Origin: Octopus sinensis
Lineage: Eukaryota
Length of the DNA stretch: 22,999 nucleotides
Assembly (NCBI RefSeq): GCF_006345805.1
Contig: NW_021825025.1
Span: 1 to 22,999 of the forward strand
Direction of reading: 5' to 3'
Shown: in pieces, positions 8,890 through 17,717 of the stretch
How positions within the stretch are numbered: position 1 is the first letter of the stretch
Layout of the letters: each line of letters opens with the position of its first letter
Program-made: the position numbers and the translations under genes
Notes under the pieces: generated by a model
What the model saw: only the letters and a program-made list of their open reading frames with translations
Databases searched by the model: none
Told to the model about the DNA's origin: nothing

Positions 8890-9250
8890 TATCTACTGTG
8901 TTCTCCCTTGTCAGACAGTCCACAAAGAATACTTTGTAGGGGTTTTGAGAAGTTTCTCAAAGAGATCTCACTGCCGAAGTGCAATGTGCCAGAATGCAAT
9001 TCCATTTTGGTAACAAACGACCCAAAACAGTCCCTCGCCCTCCCTACAATATAGACCTTGTTCCTTTGTTGTTCCCAAAGATGAAGGGGAACTTCAGGGG
9101 GCCAATCATTTTGAAGACATTAAGAGGATGAAGGAGGTTGCATCAAGGGTGCTTGACAACTTCACTCTGGAGACTTCCATGAAGCCTTCAGAAAGTAACT
9201 GGACCTTTGCAACAAGTGCATTAGATTCAGAGAATCCCTTTTTGAAAGTG
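8890..9250 (+). mobile_element. Decayed mariner transposase C-terminal fragment
   Basis: Frameshifted pieces QTVHKEYFVGVLR, TVPRPPYNIDLVP, LFPKMKG, HFEDIKRMKE and NKCI resemble the mariner HPPYSPDLAP..LFPKLK region. Confidence 0.65.
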
Positions 9251-9504
9251 GTTAGAGTTTTGTTTTTGTTTTTGTTTGAAATTAATAAATTTTCTCTCTT
9301 GAACGAAACTCAAAACTAATGAAAAATTATTCTTGCAGGTTGCATTTAATACTGCGTTAAAATAAAGACTAAGCAAACACAAAAGGTGCAGCACATATAA
9401 TACGTATGAAGAAATGGATAGAGAGATGTACTTTGTTGTGTAACAAAGGCTTACAATTAGAATAAAATGATTCTAATAATAATAATAATAATAATAATAA
9501 TCTC

Positions 9505-9905
9505 ATACGTCACACAAAGACATATGAGATGGCTTGGGCATGTTAGCTGTATGAAAGATGGCGAATCCCCAAGGACATACTCTACGGAGCTTGCTAGGGG
9601 TACTAGGTCTTTGGTAGACCATCTTACGTTACAGGGATTTTTGCAAAAGGGACATGAAGGCCTGCAACATTAATATTAGCGTTGGGAGGCATTTGCCGGC
9701 AACCGTGGAGACTGGTGACGTACCGAAAAGAGGGAATACAAAGGAGTGACAGAGAGAGAGAGAGGAGAAATGGAAAGACAAGAAAAGACGTCAACAAGAA
9801 AATATGGCATTACAAAACCAGCCAGGAACAGTCTTCGCTACATTTGCGGTACCTGCCAGAGGAGTGGTTTTGTCCAGGATAGGACTACACAGCCCAGCAG
9901 AAATG
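9505..9905 (+). mobile_element. RTE-clade LINE ORF2 C-terminal remnant
   Basis: RWLGHVSCMKDG/RIPKDILYG(E)LARG.R..GRP...RD..KRDMK..NI....WE, and SRIGLHS near the end; frameshifted. Confidence 0.75.
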
Positions 9906-10062
9906 TATCAGGACATGAAATATAAAAGCCGGACTAGACTACAAAAAAAAAAAAAAAAAAATGCGCAACTCCATTGTCTCCCGAGACAGAAAGGATGCTA
10001 ATACCAGTACCAATAATAATAATAGTACTAGTAGTAGTAGTAGTAGTAGTAACGAGAATAAT

Positions 10063-10810
10063 ACTCTGGCTAAGAAGGAATATATTCACAGACACGAGAG
10101 AGTTGGGACCTACATACACTGGAAGCTATGCCAGCACAATGGAATAACAACAGAAGAAAGATGGTATAGGCACACACCAGAAAAGGTCACAAAAAATGAG
10201 AAAGCAACCATACTCTGGTGTATGCCAATACACACAGATGGAGAAATTAAGGCCAATAGGCCAGATATGGTTGTTAGAGATCATGAAGGAAAAAAAATGC
10301 TTTCTATTGATGCACCATCTCGTTCGTGGCCGTTGCCACCTGGCCTGGCCCCCGTGCCGGTGGCACGTAAAAAGCACCATCGTTCGTGGCCGTGCCAGCC
10401 TCGCCTGGCCCCACTGCTGGTGGCACATAAAAGCACATCCGATCATGGCGTTTGCACGGTGGCACGTAAAAAGCACCCACTACCACTCATGGAGTTTGGC
10501 GTTAGGAAGGGCACCCAGCGTAGAGAACAACATTGCCAGATCAGACTGGGCCTGGTGCAGCCTTCTGGCTTCCCAGATCCCCGGTGGAACCGTCCAACCC
10601 ATGCTAGCATGGAAAGCGGACGCTAAACAATGATGATGATGATGATGTATCAATACCAGCAAATGACAGCGTTTCTCTAAAAGAAATGGAGAAACTTTCA
10701 AAATGCAAATGTCTGGAAATAGCGGTAACTCAAATGTGGAATCTACAATTCCTATCACAGTAGTCGCATTAGGTATGATAAAAAAATATTCAAACGAATA
10801 CATAACACAC
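10063..10810 (+). mobile_element. Restriction-like endonuclease domain remnant of an R4/Dong-type non-LTR retrotransposon, split by a family D insertion
   Basis: LAKKEYIHRHERVGTYIHWKLC...ILW..PIHTD.EIKANRPDMVV...ID (to 10312) resumes at 10648 as VSIPANDSVSLKEMEKLSK..LEI...MWNL, then TIPITVVALGMI. NRPD..D..K is the PD-(D/E)xK site. Confidence 0.8.
10313..10647 (+). mobile_element. Retroposon family D copy with (GAT)n tail
   Basis: Reverse complement of 5681-6030; flanked by TGATG on both sides. Confidence 0.85.
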
Positions 10811-10811
10811 T

Positions 10812-10988
10812 TGGAGTGGTTGGTATTAGGAAGGGTATCCAGCAGTAGAAAACCATGCCAAATCAGACTGGATCCTGGTGCAGCCTTCCAGCATGCCACT
10901 CCAGTCGGACCATCAAACCCTTGCCATCATGGACAATGGATGTTGAATGAGGATGATGAGAATGATGATGACGACGACGATGATGATG
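10812..10988 (+). mobile_element. Older, diverged family D 3' end
   Basis: ggagtggttggtattaggaagggtatccagc...cagactgg...ggtgcagccttc followed by a degenerate (GAT)n tail. Confidence 0.7.
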
Positions 10989-11004
10989 TATATGTGTGCT
11001 TTTT

Positions 11005-11040
<36 letters not shown>

Positions 11041-11048
<8 letters not shown>

Positions 11049-11208
11049 AAAACTACCTTTTATCAATTCAATAATGAAAATTAAATTATACCATCTAGAA
11101 AATTTAACCATTGTTATGTTTTATTTTCTATAAGATGAAACTTTTCTAGATGATATAATTTAATTTTTCATTATTGAATTGATAAAAGGTAGGTTTTCTT
11201 TTTCTAAT
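11041..11208. repeat. AT-rich inverted repeat (about 60-bp arms, about 38-nt spacer) between TA microsatellites
   Basis: ctaccttttatcaattcaataatgaaaattaaattataccatctagaaaa versus ttttctagatgatataatttaatttttcattattgaattgataaaaggtag. Confidence 0.85.
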
Positions 11209-11209
11209 T

Positions 11210-11240
<31 letters not shown>

Positions 11241-11269
11241 TATATTTAGTGAAATTTGATTTAGTATTT

Positions 11270-11459
11270 CTAGGGAGCTTGCTTCCTAGCTATATGGTTT
11301 CGGGTTCAGTCCCACTGCGTGGCACTTTGGGTAGGTGTCTTCTGCTATAGCCCCGAGTCGACCGAAGCTTTATGATTGAATTCAGCAGGCGGAAGTTACT
11401 GCCGTGTGTGTACATGTGCATGTAGGTGCTTGTGCCTCTCCAAAAGAGAGAGAGAGGGA
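11270..11459 (+). mobile_element. SINE family A variant inserted into an arm fragment of the 19822-20670 foldback family
   Basis: The flanks gtgaaatttgatttagtatt and atttaatttttccctgtaagt are contiguous at about 20570-20612. Confidence 0.7.
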
Positions 11460-11521
11460 AATTTAATTTTTCCCTGTAAGTGTGGAATAATATTCCCTCA
11501 TATTATATATATATATATATC

Positions 11522-11553
<32 letters not shown>

Positions 11554-11778
11554 ACACACACACCATATATATACATATACATGTATGTATATGTGTATAT
11601 ATATATATATGTGTGTGAATGGTACAAGACAGATGAAAAATAAAAGAAACTTGAGGGACGGCATGAGAGAAGGCATGATATTGAGGAGATGACCAATTAA
11701 CAAAATGAATTAACGAATAATTAAATAGTGTGAAATGAAACGAAATGTGAGGAAGTTTCCAGAAATAGCGTTACTTAC

Positions 11779-11833
11779 CTGCCTGTCCAAGAGCTACAAG
11801 AGCAGCGAGGAAAGCGAAATAAGCAGGCTGCAT
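11779..11833 (-). CDS. Exon 1 of apolipophorin/apoB-like large lipid transfer protein (signal peptide MQPAYFAFLAALVALGQA)
   Basis: ATG at 11833, 18 mostly hydrophobic codons ending G-Q-A, then G|GTAAGT donor (phase 1). Lies 52 nt downstream of an Inr, with no upstream ATG in the UTR. Confidence 0.9.
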
Positions 11834-11882
11834 CGTCTTTGAGAACTGATGGGGTATTAACACTCAGCACCAGGAGTCAAGG

Positions 11883-11916
11883 ACTGAAGAACCTATCGAA
11901 ACGGGTCGTTTTTATA
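11883..11916 (-). promoter_or_regulatory. Core promoter: TATAAAAA (11916-11909) and initiator TCAGTC, predicted TSS at 11885
   Basis: The first T of the TATA box is at -31 from the A of an exact TCAKTY initiator match, 52 nt upstream of the ATG. Confidence 0.8.
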
Positions 11917-12339
11917 GCTTTCGTCGTACAATAGAAGTCCCAAAGTCCTTTGATGAACTCAGCGAGCAGAAGATAAAAATGTTTGAAAAAAAAAAAAAAA
12001 AAAGGAAAAAAAAAAGAAGGAAAGAAAACCGTTGAACTCATTATTCAGTGGTCCTACTTTCGTAATTACATCTGATAACGAGTCATCACTCGGTTGTTGT
12101 TGTTGTTGTTGTTGTGTTTGAGGGTTTTTAAAAAATTTTGTTAAAATTTTGCTATTGATGTCAATTTCTAAGAATTTTCAAGCAATCCTTTCTTTAACCT
12201 TCTTCATACAACTTCCTCCGTATTGTTTTATTTCTGCTGTTTAAACCCTTCCATCTGTCCCCTAAAGACCCCAGTCGCTCACCCATTCCTCTCCTTTAGA
12301 ATATTTATATTTATTACAACACACGCAACACACACATAT

Positions 12340-12389
12340 GTGTATATATATATATGTTATATATATATTAATATAATATATATACAGAC

Positions 12390-12428
<39 letters not shown>

Positions 12429-12431
12429 CTA

Positions 12432-12482
<51 letters not shown>

Positions 12483-12541
12483 TATACATATATATATATA
12501 TATAATATATATAATATATATATATATTATATATATATATA
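12340..12541. repeat. (TA)n microsatellite
   Basis: Directly visible. Confidence 0.95.
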
Positions 12542-12553
12542 TTTTATAGAAGG

Positions 12554-12602
12554 AGCTTCTACAGGACTAGAACTGTTTCATTCAAGAAATCATCAGGAAG
12601 CT
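12554..12602 (-). ncRNA. Type I hammerhead ribozyme motif (left arm of palindrome, mirror copy)
   Basis: Same core, stem I, stem III and GUA triplet as the plus-strand copy; stem II is 2 nt shorter (TTTCTTGAAT). Confidence 0.6.
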
Positions 12603-12649
12603 TCCTGATGATTTCTTTTGAATGAAACAGTTCTAGTCCTGTAGAAGCT
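12599..12649 (+). ncRNA. Type I hammerhead ribozyme motif (right arm of palindrome)
   Basis: AGCTTC-CTGATGA-TTTCttttGAAT-GAAA-CAG(ttctagtc)CTG-TA-GAAGCT: 6-bp stem I, 4-bp stem III, GUA triplet. The U-U pair at the base of stem II is non-canonical. Confidence 0.65.
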
Positions 12650-12941
12650 CTTCTATAAAATAAATTAATTTACTCTGCTATGTATTGAGTACCTTTATTA
12701 CTGTGTTTAACCCCGACTCAACCCGGGACCTACATATATATATATATATTTATAGAGATATAGGGTGAAATATAATTAATTTTAATTTGATAAAATCAAC
12801 AAATTTCACCTAGTGGTATTTCGGTATGGAAAAGGACCATATTCAGTAAAAATTTATATAATTATAATAAAGGGTTTTTTGCAACAAGTTGCTTAAACCA
12901 CATACCGAAAATATTAGAAATAGCAGCCAAAAGACATACTA

Positions 12942-12974
<33 letters not shown>

Positions 12975-13230
12975 GATAATATATATATATACAGACAAAA
13001 GTACATATGTATATGTATACATGTCATTATGTATATATATTTATGCATACATATACACATATATATGCATGTCTGTATATATATGTATATAATATATATA
13101 TATATGTATATATATATATATTATATGTATATATATATATATATACACATATATATGGATGAAACATGCATATGCACGTGTATGTATGTTTGTGTATGGT
13201 AGCTAGATATGCAGCATACATACATACATA

Positions 13231-13635
13231 TACTCTTTTACTTGTTTCAGTTATTTGACTGCGGCCATGCTGGAGCACCGCCTTTAAATCGAGCAACTCG
13301 ATCCCGGGACTTATTCTTTTTGTAAGCCCAGTACTTATTCTATCAGTCTCTTTTGCTGAACCGCTAAGTGACGGGGACGTAAACACACCAGCATCGGTCG
13401 TCAAGCAATGCTAGGGGGACAAACACAGACACACAAACACACATACATACATATATATATATACATATGTACAACAGGCTTCTTTCAGTTTCCGTCTACC
13501 AAATCCACTCACAAGGCATTGGTCGGCCCGGGGCTATAGCAGAAGACACTTGCCCAAGATGCCACACAGTGGGACTGAACCCGGAACCATGTGGTTGGTT
13601 AGCAAGCTACTTACCACACAGCCACTCCTGCGCCT
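13231..13635 (-). mobile_element. SINE family A, full length
   Basis: Reverse complement of 685-1330 with a single 3' module. Confidence 0.9.
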
Positions 13636-13639
13636 CTTT

Positions 13640-13809
13640 AACTCTCTAGCATCGCACATGCGGAACACATTTCTCAATACTCTGATGAGGTCTGCCATCA
13701 AAATATTGAATTTGGCATTGTCCATGATAACTGAGTTCTGGTGGGTCAGGTATTTGGAGGCCATAGGTTTGGTATAGTGTGAATGAAGGATTCGCGTTTT
13801 ATTATTCAC
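13640..13809 (-). mobile_element. Possible Penelope-like element ORF remnant (region after RT, before GIY-YIG)
   Basis: HYTKPMASKYLTHQNS...AKFNILMADLIRVLRNV resembles the KP.....L...S.....K..IL.....R...N. pattern of PLE proteins (recognition only). Confidence 0.45.
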
Positions 13810-13835
13810 AGTTTCCAGCCGGAGTTCTGTATCTA

Positions 13836-14674
13836 TCAGGTCATGCCAAAAGTTCTGTCCAATTTTACCTTTTTTAAAACTGAATGAAATTTAATAGTAT
13901 TTTAGAATGTCTAATGGAATTTAAAATTATTTTTATGCATTTGTGTACATTTAAACTAATTAAATATTAATTTACAGAATAATAGGATTAGAATTTCTTT
14001 GATTAAAACCCTTTCTAACATGGAAGTATCTAAAGAGCATTTAAGGCACATAATGCTTTATGAGTACAAAAAAGGAAACTCTGCAGCCGAAGCGACTTGA
14101 AACACACACTCAGTTTATGGGAAAGAATGAGGTTCTTCTCTCTGTCTGCTGGGATTGCAAAGGAGTAATTCACTTTGAATTGTTACCACCTAATGCAACA
14201 ATCAATGTTCAAGTCTACTGTCAGCAATTAGAGCGTTTGAACCAAGCTTTGAAGAAAAAAAGGCCCGGTTAAGTGAATCGAAAAGGAGTGATATTCCATC
14301 AGGACAATGCGCAACCCCACACTGCAAAGATCACACCACAGAAGATCAAAGAGCTTGGCTGTGAAAAAATTCCTCATCCACCTTATTCTCCCGACCTTGC
14401 TCCTTCAGACTACCATTTGTTTCGTAGTTTACAGAATCATTTGGGGGACATGACTTTCGCAAGCCAGGAGGAGGTCGAAACTGACACTTCACAGTTCTTC
14501 GCTTTGAAACCAAAATTGTTGTACATTGATGGGATTAAAAAGCTTGTAAAAAGATGGAAGGAAGTCATAGATAATCAGGGAAAAAACATTGATGATTAAA
14601 TTTCAATTAAATATAACATTTGATCACTTGTTTTCTTTATTAAAACTTCGGACAGAACTTATGGGATGACCTGA
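13836..14674 (+). mobile_element. Internally deleted mariner (DD34D) with both TIRs and TA target-site duplications
   Basis: Left TIR tcaggtcatgccaaaagttctgtcc and right TIR ggacagaacttatgggatgacctga, each flanked by TA. The N-terminus MEVSKEHLRHIMLYEYKKGNSAAEA (14021) is fused to VLLSVCWDCKGV...HQDNA...HPPYSPDLAPSDY, with in-frame stops. Confidence 0.92.
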
Positions 14675-14709
14675 TATATATTATGTATGTATACATATAT
14701 GTATATAGG

Positions 14710-14757
<48 letters not shown>

Positions 14758-14866
14758 CGTATGTATGTATGTATGTATATGTATATATATATGTATACAT
14801 ATATATATATGTATATATGTACGTATGTATGTATATATATATGTATATATATATGTATACATATAT

Positions 14867-14971
14867 GATAATCAGGGGAAGTACATTGATGATTAAATTG
14901 CAATTAAATATAACATTTGATCACTTGTTTTCTTTATTCAAAATTTGGACAGAACTTATGGGATGACCTGA
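14867..14971 (+). mobile_element. Second, diverged copy of the mariner right end including the TIR
   Basis: 105 bp matching 14570-14674 with several substitutions; ends in TA. Confidence 0.85.
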
Positions 14972-15029
14972 TAGTACTGGTAGTCTATAGTTAGGGTGTT
15001 TTGTAGGGTAGTCTATCGTGACCTATTCT

Positions 15030-15416
15030 CTCTGGACATTGACAAGTGGACTCATGTTTTTGTTCGGGATGATTCTGTCAGAGGACCACTCATTTCTCCC
15101 TATAAAGGACCGTTTCGTGTGCTATGACACACACCCAAAACTTTTAGTCGCGACATCAACGGCCGGGCAGAGACTGTGTCAGCCGACAGACTTAAAAAGG
15201 CATATTTTGAGGTTTCCACACCCTTCGATGACCCCTCCGGCCACGCCCACTTTTGATCCTTTATAACCACCTTCACACCCACCCACACATGCACCTTTGA
15301 CCACACCATCACCTACACCTTCGTCGCCACAACCTAACCCAAACAAACCTTATGTCACCAGGACATAGCGCACTGTACATTGGCCCAAAAATCTTACCAA
15401 AACTTCGTTACTGTAA
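15030..15416 (+). mobile_element. Ty3/Gypsy integrase C-terminal (GPY/F) remnant
   Basis: WTHVFVRDDSVRGPLISPYKGPFRVL*HTPKTF..DINGRAETVSADRLKKAY and a terminal PYVTR..RTVHWP. Confidence 0.8.
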
Positions 15417-15433
15417 TGATGCAGGTTTTGAAA

Positions 15434-15464
<31 letters not shown>

Positions 15465-15540
15465 CTGTGAGTGTGCATCTGTATGTGTGTATAATGCATG
15501 TGTGTGTATGTGAATTAATAGGCATGTATATTTTCTTTCT

Positions 15541-15932
15541 GGTGGAGGCCCAATGGCCCAGTGGTTGGGGCAGCGGACTCGTACTCATGGGATCGCGGTT
15601 TCGATTCCCAGACTAGGAGTTGTGAGTGATTATTGAGCGAAAACACCTAAAGCCCACGAGGCTCCAGCAGGGGGTGGTGGCGAACCCTGCTGTGCTCTTT
15701 CCCTGCAACTTTCTCTCACTCTTACTTCCTGTTTCTGTTGTGCCTGTATCTTCAAAGGGGCCAGCCTTGTCACACTTTGGGTAATGCTGAATATCCCCCG
15801 AGAACTACGTTAAGGGTACACGTGTCTGTGGAGTACTCAGCCACTTGCACGTTAATTTCACGAGCAGGCTGTTTGGTTGATCAGATCAACTGGAACCCTC
15901 GTCGTCATAACCGACGGAGTGTCAAAAAAAAA
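15541..15932 (+). mobile_element. tRNA-derived SINE with a head related to family C, a different body and an A-tail
   Basis: tggaggcccaatggcccagtggtt...ttcgattccc (A/B boxes); the gagcgaaaacacctaa motif is shared with family C. Confidence 0.75.
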
Positions 15933-16064
15933 ATATTAAAATTAATTAAATTAAATGGTCTCTTTCTCATTTGAATTCCAGAGTAAATTTGAACCCTCCA
16001 CCTTCTTGGTAGCAAGGCCGTGGAGAGAAGCTCCTTGTTTTAACCATCATCCTTTTTAGCTTAA

Positions 16065-16285
16065 CCCTTTTGTTACTAACCCGGCCAAAACCGGCTCTGG
16101 CTCTATAGTACAAATGTCTTGTTTTCATAAGTTTTGAATTAAAATCTTCCACCAAACCTTAGTCACAATTTATATTCCTAACACTAGCTGAATGATAACT
16201 AAGTTATTTTACTAAATTCTTTGTTATATTTAAAGTAATTGAAAGAAACACAGAGAATCTCAACAGAAGTATGGTAACAAGAGGG
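16065..16285. mobile_element. piggyBac-like MITE, copy 1 (221 bp)
   Basis: TTAA on both sides (16061-16064, 16286-16289), CCC...GGG ends and imperfect TIRs of about 14 bp. Confidence 0.8.
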
Positions 16286-16316
16286 TTAAAATATATAATA
16301 GAGAAACAATTCTTAA

Positions 16317-16536
16317 CCCTTTTGATACCAACCTGGCTGAAACCGGCCCTGGCTCTGAGTACAAATGTTTTGTTTTCATAAGTTTTGAATTAAAATCTTC
16401 CACCAAACCTTTGTCACAATTTATGTTCCTAACATTAGCTGAATGACAACTAAGTTATTTTACTAAATTCTTTGTTATATTTAAAATAATTGAAAGAAAC
16501 ACAGAGCATCTCAACAGAAATACAGTAATGAAAGGG
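16317..16536. mobile_element. piggyBac-like MITE, copy 2 (220 bp)
   Basis: TTAA at 16313-16316 and 16537-16540; same body as copy 1 with scattered substitutions. Confidence 0.8.
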
Positions 16537-16728
16537 TTAAGAAGGTCTTGCAGATTTTTGTGGTATTAGATATTAGCTGTGATTTGAATCCTATCCCCAA
16601 GAAGCCAAGTTCAGCCATACTCTGTGGAAGGGGCAAAAACCAAACTTTGTGAAACACCAACTGATAAAATGTGGATCTTTTACCACACAGCCACTCCTGC
16701 ACATCTATGGATCATTGATAAAGGGTAA

Positions 16729-17060
16729 AGACCCCCTTCGGTCATGAGTGACCATGGAATTGCACCTAGAAAGTTACCCTCCTAGACACAAGTCCGGGCA
16801 AGGTTGTTTATGGAAGACCAGCAGTCGCCCATGCATACCAGCCTCCTCTTTCCACGCCACCAGTGTTATCCAAGGGAAAGACAAAGGTCGATACAGCTAG
16901 GCACCAGTGACGTCGCAACTCATTTCTACAGCTGAGTGAACTGGAGCAACGTGAAATAAAGAGTCTTGCTCAAGAACACAATACGCAGCCCGGTCCAGGA
17001 TTCGAACTCACAACCTCACGATCATAAGCTCGACGCTCTAAACACTGAGCCACGCGCCTT
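16729..17060 (-). mobile_element. tRNA-derived SINE family E
   Basis: Minus-strand head aaggcgcgtggctcagtg.ttagagcgtcg...gagttcgaatcc with a CORE-like segment (ttgagcaagac..tt..ctgtagaaatgag); same family as 20948-22293. Confidence 0.85.
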
Positions 17061-17364
17061 AAATTGATAAGGAGTTTGCTAATCTGATACCCAAGATACA
17101 CTTTCGGTTTCATACTAATTATCGCAACAACAAGATTCTTGCCAACTCTTACTTGTCAGGTGTCCAAGTGATCACAGATCAATGTGAGATGAAGGGTTCT
17201 GACCAAGAACACAATGCACTACCTGATCCGGGAACTGAAACCACAATGTCATGATCGTGAGGGCAGCACCCAAACCACTGGGCTATGCATCCTCTGATGT
17301 GTAGGCAGAAGCATAGGAGAAAAGAAAATCCAAACTCTGTAGAACACCAGAGTTGATAGACTGT

Positions 17365-17385
17365 GAATGAGAGAGAGAGAGAGAA

Positions 17386-17434
<49 letters not shown>

Positions 17435-17439
17435 AAGAG

Positions 17440-17473
<34 letters not shown>

Positions 17474-17477
17474 ATTG

Positions 17478-17565
<88 letters not shown>

Positions 17566-17608
17566 GAGAGAAAGAGATAGATAGACAGATAGGTAGATAG
17601 ATAGAAAG

Positions 17609-17665
<57 letters not shown>
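17365..17665. repeat. Compound (GA)n/(TA)n/(GATA)n microsatellite
   Basis: Directly visible. Confidence 0.95.
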
Positions 17666-17717
17666 GCTACAGTATGTACTGCATTGGCAGAGATGAGAGA
17701 AGGATAGTGCCCTAAGT

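Larger units (their letters stand above)
12542..12660. repeat. Near-perfect loopless palindrome centred at 12600/12601 (AAGCTT)
   Basis: 59-60-bp arms differing only by two small indels. Confidence 0.95.

Noticed and set aside
9961-10626. 221-aa ORF that looks like one gene
   Set aside because: A chance read-through of a microsatellite, an R4-type endonuclease remnant and a family D insertion.
11884-11907. CTGAAGA...GAAAC.GGTC on the plus strand at the promoter, spaced like a hammerhead
   Set aside because: Stems I and II do not pair; the sequence is already explained as the antisense of the Inr-TATA interval.
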